DNA of 64,000 nt, taken from NCBI GenBank assembly GCA_963664225.1, contig OY760937.1:2400001-2464000 (forward strand). Direction: 5' to 3'. This stretch comes from Verrucomicrobiia bacterium. Lineage in GTDB: Bacteria > Verrucomicrobiota > Verrucomicrobiia > Limisphaerales > UBA1319. The notes beneath the pieces were generated by a model. The model was not told the origin of the DNA. It did not search any database and saw only the letters and a list, made by a program, of their open reading frames with translations. The position numbers and the translations under genes were made by a program. Positions 1-9,599 of this stretch are shown one piece after another. Position 1 is the first letter of the stretch. Each line of letters begins with the position of its first letter.

Positions 1-1420
1 AATCCAGATTATCCAGAACGGATTTGGAGGTGCTGACGAAAAGCGAGGTTCGGGCGATGAGGTCTTCGCTGGCCCCCTGCGATTTGAATACCCCATCCAG
101 GAGGCGACCCTGCAGCTCGTCGTAAAGGAAAGCCTCGCTCCCTTTCTCGATGTGATTCAATGCGGGGCGGTAGTCTTCCAGGGTTATCTGGTGGCCTGTC
201 TGGACTTCAATGAAGGGAGCCGCCAATGCCATGGCGCTGGATCCCATCACCGCAGGCGCCACGTAAGTGCTGAAAAACAAAACCGCTCCGGCGGTGCCCG
301 CCACGGCCGCCGCGGCCGGAGCCGACGCAATCCCCAGAACCACCGCCGTGGTGGCCAGAATCCCCACACCCAGGCCGCCGATCGAGTTGAACTGGTCAAA
401 CATGTCGAAGGTGGACTGCGAGGATTGCCCCGGGCTGAAGGTTTCATCCATGCGCGACATGATATCCGCAGTATCCAATTTGGAGATCGAGCTTTTTGCC
501 AGCACGTTGCTGCCAGTTCGATAATTAAGGCTGGCGACCAGCATGCGATCCAGTGAAACCACGGCATCCAAGTCAAGAATGACCTCGCGATCATGGATGC
601 GGCCCAGCGAGATGCGCGGCGTTTGACCGCTGACGATGCCTTGAATCATCTTTTGAGCGGTCACCACATTGGTTTGCATCGAAAGCAGATCACGACGTAG
701 CGCTGCGGTATCGACTTTTCCCTGGGAGGCATTCCCAATGGTCTGCCAGCGGCTTGACGCGATGGCCAACAGATTGGAGGTTTGATTCAGATACGCCAGC
801 GTGACCGCGCCCGGAGCCAGACCCGTGACCGATAAATCCGCGATTTGCAGTTGCTGGGCGGATGCGAACACATTGGTGGCTGCCGCTGTTGCCTGTCCCA
901 GTGAAACCCTGACCAGCCCGCCGCGAATCTGAGGCGCGCTGGTGTTGACCATGAACGGAACGGCCACAGCCACCGATCCGGTCGTCACCGTAAAGGCCCG
1001 CACAGCAACCTCCGATCCCGTTGCGTCCAGGAACCGCACAAGCGTGCGCGCGGCGGGATCGAACGGGCCGCCTGTGATAACCAGTTTATCGCCGGGATTT
1101 GCAGTGCTCTTGGAGAGCAGCAAACCGTTCTTATGCTCCGTGAGTCGATAGTAACGCAGCCGAAACGATTTCGTATTGGTATCCACAAATTCCGCAATGG
1201 TCCCCTTGGACAGGTTGGTCTGCAATGGAGCCCATTGCAGAAGATTCGTGGAAGTCTGAACCACATACGAAAGGGTGTTGGAGGCCGCGATCTGCAAATG
1301 GAACAAGCCGTCCTGCGAGCGATTACCGCTGAGAATCCGCAGGGGCGGTTCGCCCGCAATGCCCGCATGGGCGGACACAATCCAGAACGCCAGGAGCAGC
1401 ATCCTTGTGATGTATCGCAT
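1..1420 (-). CDS. Secreted protein, 3'-partial (runs off the window): signal peptide, Verrucomicrobia-type terminal domain placed at the N-terminus, IPT/TIG-like segment, long Gly/Ala-rich hydrophobic stretch
   Basis: Absent from the ORF track because it has no stop in the window. Manual translation from ATG at 1420 (MRYITRMLLLAFWIVSAHAGIAGEPPLRI...YVVQTSTNLLQWAPLQTN...EFVDTNTKSFRLRYYRL...) stays open for 473 codons to position 1. Confidence 0.8.
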   Translation of the reverse strand, partial: MRYITRMLLLAFWIVSAHAGIAGEPPLRILSGNRSQDGLFHLQIAASNTLSYVVQTSTNLLQWAPLQTNLSKGTIAEFVDTNTKSFRLRYYRLTEHKNGLLLSKSTANPGDKLVITGGPFDPAARTLVRFLDATGSEVAVRAFTVTTGSVAVAVPFMVNTSAPQIRGGLVRVSLGQATAAATNVFASAQQLQIADLSVTGLAPGAVTLAYLNQTSNLLAIASSRWQTIGNASQGKVDTAALRRDLLSMQTNVVTAQKMIQGIVSGQTPRISLGRIHDREVILDLDAVVSLDRMLVASLNYRTGSNVLAKSSISKLDTADIMSRMDETFSPGQSSQSTFDMFDQFNSIGGLGVGILATTAVVLGIASAPAAAAVAGTAGAVLFFSTYVAPAVMGSSAMALAAPFIEVQTGHQITLEDYRPALNHIEKGSEAFLYDELQGRLLDGVFKSQGASEDLIARTSLFVSTSKSVLDNLD

Positions 1421-1536
1421 TTTCGAATTGAATGGGTTCATTGCAGGAATGCCTCGCGCCAGGCTCCCAGGCCTTGTTGTTATGGAACTCATGTGGAATT
1501 GCGGGCAACTCTATCCGGTCTCCGGAATATCGCAGT

Positions 1537-1569
1537 AAAAAAAGTGGGGAATCAGCCTCCCGACTTTTT
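1537..1569 (-). terminator. Probable rho-independent terminator of the pst operon
   Basis: Minus strand AAGTcGGGA-loop-TCCCcACTT followed by a T run, just after the pstB2 stop. Confidence 0.5.
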
Positions 1570-1593
1570 CCCGCCCGCCGGCAAGTTCCCAAA

Positions 1594-2370
1594 TCAGCCG
1601 TAGCGGCCTTCGATGTATTCGGAGGTCTTTTGATTCCTGGGACTCAGGAAAAGATCCTTGGTGGCGTTGTGCTCGATGACCTCGCCCAGGAGCATGAAAA
1701 TACATTCGTCGCTGACACGCCGGGCCTGGGCCATGTTGTGGGTGACGATCACAATGGTGTAACGGCCCTTCATGGCGTACATCAATTCCTCGATGGCGCG
1801 GGTGCCTTCGACGTCCAGCGCCGAACAAGGCTCGTCCATGAGAATGATCTCGGGCTTGAGAGGCAACAGGCGGGCGATGCAAAGCTTCTGCTGCTGCTCC
1901 AACTGCAGCCCTGTGGCCTTATGATCCAAACGATCCTTCAAATCCTTCCACAGGCCAACTTCCGTCAGGGCCTTTTCCACGGCATCATCCAACTGCGATC
2001 TCCTGGTCTCGCCCCGTTCGCCATGGATGCGCAGGCCGAATACCACGTTTTCATAGACCGAGATGGGCAGTGGATTGGGCCGTTGAAACACCATGCCGAT
2101 GGACTTGCGCAGCTCGATCAGCGAAATGTCCGGGTCATAGATGTTCTTCCCCAGAAGGATGATCTCCCCGGTGGTGGTGACGTAGCCATAACGCTCGTTG
2201 ATGCGATTGAAACAGCGCAACAGGGTCGTTTTGCCGCAACCGGAAGGGCCGATCAGGGAGGTGATGATGCCGTTCTTGATGTTGACGCCAATATTCTTGA
2301 GCGCCTGAAACTTGCCATACCAAAGGTTCAGGTCCCGCGTCGTGATGCTATGGGTGACGGCGTCGCTCAT
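1594..2370 (-). CDS. pstB: Phosphate ABC transporter ATP-binding subunit (copy 2; degenerate signature motif)
   Basis: Walker A GPSGCGKT, MVFQRPNP, Walker B IILMDEP, H-loop VTHNM, C-terminal YIEGRYG; signature reads LQLEQ instead of LSGGQ. Confidence 0.92.
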   Translation of the reverse strand: MSDAVTHSITTRDLNLWYGKFQALKNIGVNIKNGIITSLIGPSGCGKTTLLRCFNRINERYGYVTTTGEIILLGKNIYDPDISLIELRKSIGMVFQRPNPLPISVYENVVFGLRIHGERGETRRSQLDDAVEKALTEVGLWKDLKDRLDHKATGLQLEQQQKLCIARLLPLKPEIILMDEPCSALDVEGTRAIEELMYAMKGRYTIVIVTHNMAQARRVSDECIFMLLGEVIEHNATKDLFLSPRNQKTSEYIEGRYG

Positions 2371-3134
2371 CCAAAAATCCCGTTGACGTATTCGTAGGTT
2401 TTCCGATTGGCCGGTTTGTCCGAAAAGAGAATTTCGGTGGGGCCCATTTCAACGATTTCCCCGTTCCAGAGGAACATCGTCCGGGCCGCAAGCCGGCGGG
2501 CCTGCTGGACCAGATTCGTTACGAGAATGATGGTCATCTCCTTCTTGAGCTCCTTGAGCACATCCTCGATGCGCATGGTCGTCACCGGATCGATGGCGAT
2601 GGAGAATTCATCCAGGCAGAGAATTTCCGGCTGGTGGGAAAGGGCCCTGGCAATGGTGAGCCGCTGCTGCTGGCCGCCGGACAGCTTGGTTCCAAGGCTG
2701 TCGAGCCGGTCTTTGACCTCGTCCCACAGGGCGGCCTGGCGCAGGCACTTCTCCACCAGGCCATCGAGGTCGCTTTTGGCCCGCATTCCGGCGGTTCTCG
2801 GCGCGAAGGCCACATTGTCATAGATCGAAAGCGGCAGGCCGACCGGCAGCGGCGCGACCATCCCGATTTTGCGCCGCAGTTCATAGACATTCCGCACCCG
2901 GGACACCTCCTCGCCATCGACCTTGATGACGCCGGACACCGTCACATTCGGGGTGAACTCGATCGTGCGGTTAAAGCATCGCAGCAGGGAGGTTTTGCCC
3001 GATTGGGCCGGCCCGATGATGCCCAGGATTTCGTTGCGATAAACGTCGAATGAAATCCCATGGATCACTTCCTTCGCGCCGTAGGCCAGGCGAAGGTCCT
3101 GCACTTCGATTTTTTTGTCGGGTCCCATGAGCAT
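2367..3134 (-). CDS. pstB: Phosphate ABC transporter ATP-binding subunit (copy 1; H-loop His replaced by Asn)
   Basis: GPAQSGKT, LWDEVKDRL, LSGGQQQRL, C-terminal YVNGIFG. Start placed at the ATG overlapping the pstA stop (alternative 3128); the ORF-track start at 3299 is too long. Confidence 0.88.
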   Translation of the reverse strand: MLMGPDKKIEVQDLRLAYGAKEVIHGISFDVYRNEILGIIGPAQSGKTSLLRCFNRTIEFTPNVTVSGVIKVDGEEVSRVRNVYELRRKIGMVAPLPVGLPLSIYDNVAFAPRTAGMRAKSDLDGLVEKCLRQAALWDEVKDRLDSLGTKLSGGQQQRLTIARALSHQPEILCLDEFSIAIDPVTTMRIEDVLKELKKEMTIILVTNLVQQARRLAARTMFLWNGEIVEMGPTEILFSDKPANRKTYEYVNGIFG

Positions 3135-4018
3135 CACCATTTTTTCCGCGAGCGCAAATAAACCCGGAGCGCGATCGACAGGGCGTTCACCGCCAGCACC
3201 GTGACCAGCAGGACGGTGGCAATGGCATACGGCAGGGCGGCGGGCGCGTCCGTCACCTGTGTGGTCACCGTGTAGAGATGCATCGACAGGGCCATGCACT
3301 GATCCTTCAAATTATAGGCGAACAAATTGCCCTCGGAGATCTTTTTGAAAAACACCGCTCCGGTGAACATGATGGGGGCGGTTTCGCCGGCGGTGCGGGA
3401 GACCTGGAGAATCACCCCGGTGAGAATGCCGCTGATGGAGTTGGGCAGGACGATGTGCCGGATGGTTTGCCAGCGCGAGGCTCCCACATTCCAGCACGCC
3501 TCCCGGAACGAAATCGGCACGGCGGACAGGGCCTCCTTGGTGCTGGCGATGATCACCGGCAGCGTCATGATGGCCAGGGTGAGCGATGCGGCGATGATGG
3601 AACGGCCCATGCCCGCGAAAAGCACAAAGGCGCCCAATCCAAACAAGGCGTGGACGATGCTGGGCACACCCGCCAGATTGACCACCGCCAGATTGATGAT
3701 GCGCGTGAACCAGTTCTCCCGCGCGTATTCATTGAGATACACCGCAGCCAGCACGCCGATCGGCGCGGAGATGCAAAGAGAGATGCCGACCAGATAAAGA
3801 GTGCCCAGAAATGCCGACCAGATGCCCCCCTTGCGCATTCCGTTCGTCGGGTTGGTCACCAGGAAATCCCAGGAGAGCAAAGGGAACGCCTTCCAGAAAA
3901 GGTAGCCGACAATGACCAGCAGGGGAATGACCATGGCCAGCGCCATCAGGCCAAAAACGCACTTCGCCGCAAATTCATTGCGCAGTTTTCTTCGAATCAA
4001 TGGAGTCTCGGTGAACAT
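3134..4018 (-). CDS. pstA: Phosphate ABC transporter permease PstA
   Basis: Multi-TM; AVYLNEYA, LAGVPSIV, RTAGETAP motifs; operon position. Confidence 0.93.
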   Translation of the reverse strand: MFTETPLIRRKLRNEFAAKCVFGLMALAMVIPLLVIVGYLFWKAFPLLSWDFLVTNPTNGMRKGGIWSAFLGTLYLVGISLCISAPIGVLAAVYLNEYARENWFTRIINLAVVNLAGVPSIVHALFGLGAFVLFAGMGRSIIAASLTLAIMTLPVIIASTKEALSAVPISFREACWNVGASRWQTIRHIVLPNSISGILTGVILQVSRTAGETAPIMFTGAVFFKKISEGNLFAYNLKDQCMALSMHLYTVTTQVTDAPAALPYAIATVLLVTVLAVNALSIALRVYLRSRKKW

Positions 4019-4024
4019 GATCGC

Positions 4025-4939
4025 TTACTTTTTCCTGATCCCCTTCACGATCAGATCCGCTGACAGGTTCACAACAAAGGTGATGGAGAAAAGCAGGATG
4101 CCAATGATGAAGAGCACCTGATAATGATCCGAACCCGACGAGGCCTCCCCCAACTCGGCGGCGATGGTTGCGGTGAGAGTCCGGACCGGATCGAACACGC
4201 TTTTGGGGATGTTTACCGCGTGTCCGGTGGCCATGAGCACCGCCATGGTTTCACCCACCGCCCGGCCCACTCCCAGGAGCACTGCGGCGAGCAATCCGTT
4301 CTTCGCGGCGGGAATCAGGACGCGATAAATCAATTGCCAGCGTGTGGCCCCCAGCGCCAGTGCCGCCTCGCGGTAGGAATCCGGAACGGCTTTCAGGGAA
4401 TCCTCGCCAATGGAAACCATGATGGGCACGCTCATCAGCGCCAGGAGGATCGCCCCGTTCAACACATTGAGCCCCACAGGCACATGAAAGACATCCTGAA
4501 TCAGCGGATTCATGACGCTCAGTCCGATGAATCCCCACACCACCGAAGGAATGGCCGCCAGCAATTCGATGATGATTTTGAGCGTTTCCTTCATCCGTTT
4601 GCCGCAGAATTCAGAAACGAAAATGGCCGCTCCCAGGCCGAACGGCACTGCGATGAGCATGGCCAGCACCGTGACGCTAAACGTGCCGACAATCAGGGCC
4701 AGCACGCCGTAGCGAACGTTGCTTTGAGAAGTCGGATACCATTCGGTGCTGGTTAGAAACTGCGATATATCCAGCCCCTTGAACAGAAACCCGGCCCCCT
4801 CGCGGAACACGAAAAAGAAGATGCCGAAGACAAACACGATCGAGCTGATCCCGCACAGGCGGATGATCGTCTCGATGACGGGCTCGCTCAACCTCTGCCA
4901 GCGTTGCCGTCTCTGCATGTCTGAATTCGGCTGGGCCAT
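4025..4939 (-). CDS. pstC: Phosphate ABC transporter permease PstC
   Basis: ELLAAIPSVVWG, EAALALGAT, RAVGETMAV, TLTATIA motifs. Confidence 0.94.
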   Translation of the reverse strand: MAQPNSDMQRRQRWQRLSEPVIETIIRLCGISSIVFVFGIFFFVFREGAGFLFKGLDISQFLTSTEWYPTSQSNVRYGVLALIVGTFSVTVLAMLIAVPFGLGAAIFVSEFCGKRMKETLKIIIELLAAIPSVVWGFIGLSVMNPLIQDVFHVPVGLNVLNGAILLALMSVPIMVSIGEDSLKAVPDSYREAALALGATRWQLIYRVLIPAAKNGLLAAVLLGVGRAVGETMAVLMATGHAVNIPKSVFDPVRTLTATIAAELGEASSGSDHYQVLFIIGILLFSITFVVNLSADLIVKGIRKK

Positions 4940-4982
4940 GATTTTGTTTTAACGCAAATTGGGCTTTTGTCGTCTCATCTGT

Positions 4983-5029
4983 ATTGGATTCCGGGCGCCC
5001 TGAGCATGGGCGGTCGCCCCTTATCCAAT
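4983..5029 (-). promoter_or_regulatory. Intercistronic stem-loop between pstS and pstC (possible pstS mRNA stabiliser or attenuator)
   Basis: Nested inverted repeats ATTGGAT...ATCCAAT and GGGCG...CGCCC immediately after the pstS stop. Confidence 0.45.
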
Positions 5030-5053
5030 CCAGGATGCCGACAAACAAGAAAT

Positions 5054-5971
5054 TTATTTCTTCGGCAACGGAACGTATCCGGTCGCCTCCACTATTTTCT
5101 GTCCCGGCTCCGACATCACCCATTCGATGTATTTCTTGATGTGGAGACCCGGTTCGCCCGGCGTGTACATGAACATGGGGCGCGCGATGGGATAGGTCTT
5201 GTCCAAAGTGCTGGCAATGGAGGGCGCGACCGCCGTCTCCCCTTTCTTCTTGGATACTTTGACCACCTTGACATTGGGGGTGACATAGCCCATGCCGCTG
5301 TAGCCAATGGCCCCGGGCGTCTTGGAAACCAATTCGACCACATCCTTGGAACCATTCATGTCCAGCGAACCGGAGCGGAAATCGTTTTTCTTGCCCACGA
5401 CGGCCTCGCGGAAATAGGCATACGTGCCCGAGTTATTCTGGCGGCTGACCCGGATGATCTTGTCATCCTGCCCTTCGGGGACCTTCACGCCCAGTTCGGA
5501 CCACTTGGTGATCGTGCCGTTTTCCTTATAGATCTCGCCCAGTTCCTCCATGCTGATTTCATTGAGCGGATTGTTTTTGTGGACATAGATCGACAGGGCG
5601 TCGAAACCCACCATGAATTCCTTCGGGTCTTCCCCGACTTTTTTGGCCTTCTCGATTTCCTCCGGTTCCATGCGACGGCTGCAATTGGCGATGTCCGCTG
5701 TTTTATTCAGGAGCGCCGCCACCCCGATGCCGGAACCGCCGCCGGACACTTCGACCGAGACCGAAGGTTCCACCTTGGCGTATTCTTCGGACCAGGCTTG
5801 AGCCAGGTTGACCATCGTGTCGGAACCGATGTTTTGGATGACCGTTTTCTCCCCCTTTTTGGCGTCGTCGCCACCGCCATTGCCGCCGCTCTCGCTTTTC
5901 CCGCAGCCCGTTTGCAATAATGCGCCGGCCAGGAGAATCAAACTGAGGTGTTTCAAGGATTTGTTAAACAT
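5054..5971 (-). CDS. pstS: Phosphate-binding lipoprotein PstS
   Basis: Lipobox-like LLQTGC; GSDTM, GGGSGIG, SRQNNSGTY and YPIARP motifs. Confidence 0.93.
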   Translation of the reverse strand: MFNKSLKHLSLILLAGALLQTGCGKSESGGNGGGDDAKKGEKTVIQNIGSDTMVNLAQAWSEEYAKVEPSVSVEVSGGGSGIGVAALLNKTADIANCSRRMEPEEIEKAKKVGEDPKEFMVGFDALSIYVHKNNPLNEISMEELGEIYKENGTITKWSELGVKVPEGQDDKIIRVSRQNNSGTYAYFREAVVGKKNDFRSGSLDMNGSKDVVELVSKTPGAIGYSGMGYVTPNVKVVKVSKKKGETAVAPSIASTLDKTYPIARPMFMYTPGEPGLHIKKYIEWVMSEPGQKIVEATGYVPLPKK

Positions 5972-5996
5972 AATGGGTTCGCGGTTAAAAATTGAA

Positions 5997-7115
5997 TCAC
6001 TTTTCGTTTTCGGTGATGGCTTTTACAAGGTCATGAAGATGCTGGCTGATGAATTGAAACGTCTTCTCGTAGGCCGCCTGGACCTGCTCGGACGAACCTT
6101 GAACCGTGGAAGGGTCCTCCACATTCCAATCCAGGTAAACAACCTTCCGCGGCCGTTGCGGAAAGGCCCGGTCCACCTGTTTGGCCAATGAAATAATGAC
6201 CTGGTAACTGGACAGGTTGGGGATCTGCGTCATGGTCTTGGGCCCTGTTTTCGAAAGATCGAATCCCTTGCCCGCCATGAAAGCATGGGTTTGTTTATCC
6301 AGCGGGCGCGGCTCCAAACCGGCGCTGGCAAAGACAAACCGCGGCATATGCAATCCATTGCCAATGGCTTCCGCCATCTGGCTCCTGCAGGAATTATGCT
6401 CATCCAAAAACAGGATGCGAAACACTTCCGCCCCCTGGTGCTTCACGAAATCGCCCGTGCATGTGTACAGGGTCTCCAGGCAGATATTGCGCGCCTGGTC
6501 GGAGACCCGCTCGAGACGCCGCGCGATCATGATCAAAGGATTAAGCGCCTCAAAAGGCAGCTTGTGATCACGATACATCTCCACGAGATCCCGGTTCAGG
6601 GCGCTTTTGAGCACATCGACCGTATCCTCCGTTTCGATTGTCTTGCGAGCCAGCTCCGCATTTTGATCGGTGAAGGCTTGCACGGCCTCATGCAGCATGG
6701 AGATCGAGAGCTCCGCGATTTCATCAAAGCGATCCAAAGGCAGCGGAATCGGGACATTCGTCAGTTTAAGAGCTTGTCGCGCAATGCTTTCCGCATAATC
6801 TCCAACCCGTTCCAGATCGAGATTGATTTTGATGGCCCCATAAGCAAAGCGCAGAGGGGTTGCCACCGGCTGCTGGCGCACCAGAAACTCCAGGCACAAC
6901 CGGTCGATTTCCATTTCCAATTCGTCGATAAACTGGTCCTGCAAAATGACGGCATAGGCCAATTCCCCGTTCTTCCCGGCAAACGCCCTCAAACTCTTTC
7001 GCAAAGCATGTTCGCACAGACTGCCCATGCGCGTTATTTTGCTGCGGAGCCGGTCGATATCCCTTTGCAGGGAGTCCTCAAAATGCAGTGTATTCACGAT
7101 AATTTGCTGGTTCAT
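5997..7115 (-). CDS. phoU: PhoU fused to a C-terminal ArsC/LMW-PTP-like domain lacking the catalytic Cys
   Basis: Two PhoU repeats (DLERVGDYAESIA; RLERVSDQARNI), then ILFLDEHNSCRSQMAEA...SAG...WNVEDP of the LMWPc fold. Confidence 0.88.
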   Translation of the reverse strand: MNQQIIVNTLHFEDSLQRDIDRLRSKITRMGSLCEHALRKSLRAFAGKNGELAYAVILQDQFIDELEMEIDRLCLEFLVRQQPVATPLRFAYGAIKINLDLERVGDYAESIARQALKLTNVPIPLPLDRFDEIAELSISMLHEAVQAFTDQNAELARKTIETEDTVDVLKSALNRDLVEMYRDHKLPFEALNPLIMIARRLERVSDQARNICLETLYTCTGDFVKHQGAEVFRILFLDEHNSCRSQMAEAIGNGLHMPRFVFASAGLEPRPLDKQTHAFMAGKGFDLSKTGPKTMTQIPNLSSYQVIISLAKQVDRAFPQRPRKVVYLDWNVEDPSTVQGSSEQVQAAYEKTFQFISQHLHDLVKAITENEK

Positions 7116-7396
7116 GCACCCATCACTCTTGCCTTGCGCACTTCATCGCCAATTTACGATACCAAATACGCGCCAGAATTGTCACCCTAAAACGACAAGC
7201 CATGGCTCTGCGGATTGGCGCATCGATTTTCCACTCTAAAAACCCAAAAACAGGGTCATGGCCCATAAGCAGGATGACCCGACCTGTGACCCCGGCCAAC
7301 CGGTAACAAACCTTTTGGCGCAATTTGCCGCCCCGACATGGAAGCCGGATTAGCTTGATATGCGCCGGGATACCTGTTAATCCTCCCGCAAGAGGT

Positions 7397-9484
7397 ATGG
7401 GAGAGATCTCCAAATTATTCCACGAAACCGACGCCGCAGACGTTCCACCTTTGGGATCGGGGTCTGGTCCTGGAGAAAAACCGGGTGGCCCGGACGAGTC
7501 GCCCTTGATTTCGAGGCAACTGTCCCGTCGGCTTCTGTTGATGGTGCTCTTTACCGTGGTGCTTCTGGTGTGCCGCTGGATCGCTTATGAGCTGCGCTTC
7601 GATTTCGATGTTCCGGAAATGCAGAACGTTCAGTTGTATCGGCACTGGCACTGGGTCGTTGGGCTGCAATTGGTTTGCCTCCTTGTCGCCGGCCAGTTCG
7701 CGGGAATTTACCGCTACTTCAGCCTGCCCGATATCCAAAGGCTGTTCCTGGCGATGGCGGCCTCTGGCGGCCTTCTTTATGGCATCCGGTATCTGGATCT
7801 CGGCTACTCACCACCCCGGGGGGTCATCCTCATTCAATGTTCCTTGGGCTTTATGGTCCTGGGTGCAATCCGTACCGGCTGGCGGGTGGCTTACGAAAAA
7901 TATTATTCCCGCAAGGACAGGCTCAGCCTTCTCGAACGCAATGTGGCGATCATAGGGGCCGGAGATGCCGGGGCCAGCCTCGTGGGGGATCTCCGGGCCT
8001 ATCCACGCCTGGGCATGGTGCCGGTGGCCTTTTTCGATGACAATCGGGAGAAGTGGGGTTCCCAGGTGCATGGGGTGCGGGTGGAGGGTTCGCCTGAAAC
8101 GATTCCGACCCGCAAAAAGAAGCTCCGGTTCGAAGATGTCATCATTGCCATGCCCAGCGCCCCCGCCCAACGGTTGCGCGAGGTGGTGTCCCTGCTGCAA
8201 AAGGCGCGCATCAAATATGTGACCGTCCCCGGCATTGACCAACTCACCTCGGGCCAGGTGAGCGTGAGCCAGTTGCGCCCCGTGCGCATCGAGGACCTTT
8301 TGGGACGCGAAGCCATTGACCTGCAGGCCGACCAGATCAGCCAGGTCCTGAAAGACCGGGTGGTGATGGTCACAGGCGCGGGTGGCAGCATCGGCAGCGA
8401 ACTTTGCCGCCAGGTGGCCTCCTTCAAACCGCGCCTCCTCCTGTTGGTGGACCAGTCCGAGGTGCAGCTCTTTCCCATCGAGCAGGAGTTGATCGAGCTG
8501 GGTCACCGCCAGTGCATCCAACCGCTCATTGCCGACATTTGCGACCAGGAGCGCGTCGCCACCATTCTGAAAAAATACCTGCCGTTTGTCATTTTTCACG
8601 CGGCCGCCCACAAGCATGTTTTCATGATGGAGAGGCAGCCCGGCGAGGCCATCAAGAATAATTCCATTGGCACCGCCCGTCTGGCGGAGCAGGCCCTCAA
8701 ACACGGGGTGGAGCGGTTTGTGATGATTTCCACTGACAAGGCGGTCAACCCCACCAGTGCCATGGGCGCCAGCAAGCGCCTGGCCGAGATCTACCTCCAG
8801 TCATTGTTCCAGGAGAATCCCGGCAAAACCCGTTTCAGTGCCGTCCGTTTTGGCAATGTCCTGGGTTCCTCCGGCAGCGTCATCCCCATCTTTGAAAAGC
8901 AAATCGCCAAGGGCGGCCCGGTGACTGTGACCGATCCCAATGTCGTGCGTTTCTTCATGACCATCCCGGAAGCGGTGGGCCTGGTGCTGCAAACCTGCGC
9001 GTTGGGCAGTGGAGGAGAGGTGTTCGTCCTGGACATGGGCAAGGCCGTGAATATCGCCGACCTCGCCCGCCAGATGATCCGCCTTTCGGGGCTTGAACCG
9101 GACGTGGACATCGCCATCGAATACGTGGGGTTGCGTCCGGGGGAAAAGCTCTACGAGGAACTGGGCCACTTGAGGGCCAACTGCACCGACACCGCCCACG
9201 CGCGCATCAAATGCTTCACCAGCCAGCCTCAGGCCCTGGAGAAGGTGCGCACCGGATTCAGCCGTTTGGAGGCCTGCGTGCAAACCACATCACCAGATCA
9301 CATCCGCGCCTTGTGTGTGGAGATGATGCCTGAATACACCCCTTTCCTGGAGAATCAGGATCTCCCCATCTCCGGAGTCGATGCCAACAGCCCGGCAGGG
9401 CTCGATGAGAAGCTCCCTTCCTCAGCTTTCAGAGATGCGCAAGAGGCCGGTGCCGGAGAGCAGTGGTCCGCTAAAAAGGAATGA
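7397..9484 (+). CDS. CapD/PglF/WbpM-type membrane-bound nucleoside-diphosphate-sugar dehydratase
   Basis: N-terminal TMs; IIGAGDAG, VTGAGGSIGSEL, HAAAHKHV, ISTDKAVNP, MGASKR, VRFGNVLGSSGSV, GLRPGEKLYEEL. Confidence 0.92.
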   Translation: MGEISKLFHETDAADVPPLGSGSGPGEKPGGPDESPLISRQLSRRLLLMVLFTVVLLVCRWIAYELRFDFDVPEMQNVQLYRHWHWVVGLQLVCLLVAGQFAGIYRYFSLPDIQRLFLAMAASGGLLYGIRYLDLGYSPPRGVILIQCSLGFMVLGAIRTGWRVAYEKYYSRKDRLSLLERNVAIIGAGDAGASLVGDLRAYPRLGMVPVAFFDDNREKWGSQVHGVRVEGSPETIPTRKKKLRFEDVIIAMPSAPAQRLREVVSLLQKARIKYVTVPGIDQLTSGQVSVSQLRPVRIEDLLGREAIDLQADQISQVLKDRVVMVTGAGGSIGSELCRQVASFKPRLLLLVDQSEVQLFPIEQELIELGHRQCIQPLIADICDQERVATILKKYLPFVIFHAAAHKHVFMMERQPGEAIKNNSIGTARLAEQALKHGVERFVMISTDKAVNPTSAMGASKRLAEIYLQSLFQENPGKTRFSAVRFGNVLGSSGSVIPIFEKQIAKGGPVTVTDPNVVRFFMTIPEAVGLVLQTCALGSGGEVFVLDMGKAVNIADLARQMIRLSGLEPDVDIAIEYVGLRPGEKLYEELGHLRANCTDTAHARIKCFTSQPQALEKVRTGFSRLEACVQTTSPDHIRALCVEMMPEYTPFLENQDLPISGVDANSPAGLDEKLPSSAFRDAQEAGAGEQWSAKKE

Positions 9485-9599
9485 CGCGGATGGCGAAGCG
9501 CGGTGTACTGGCCATCGATCTTGCCAGGAACGGGCCAATCGCATACTCCTCTTTGAAATAATTCACATCAGCCGAAAATAAAACCGAAAACAAAACCCT

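Noticed and set aside
7130..7320. Possible Pho boxes upstream of phoU-pstS
   Set aside because: GTCA-like half-sites are present but not at 11-bp spacing; not supportable
7397..9484. Functional link between the orphan CapD-type gene and the divergent pst operon
   Set aside because: Adjacency only; such dehydratases are often stand-alone
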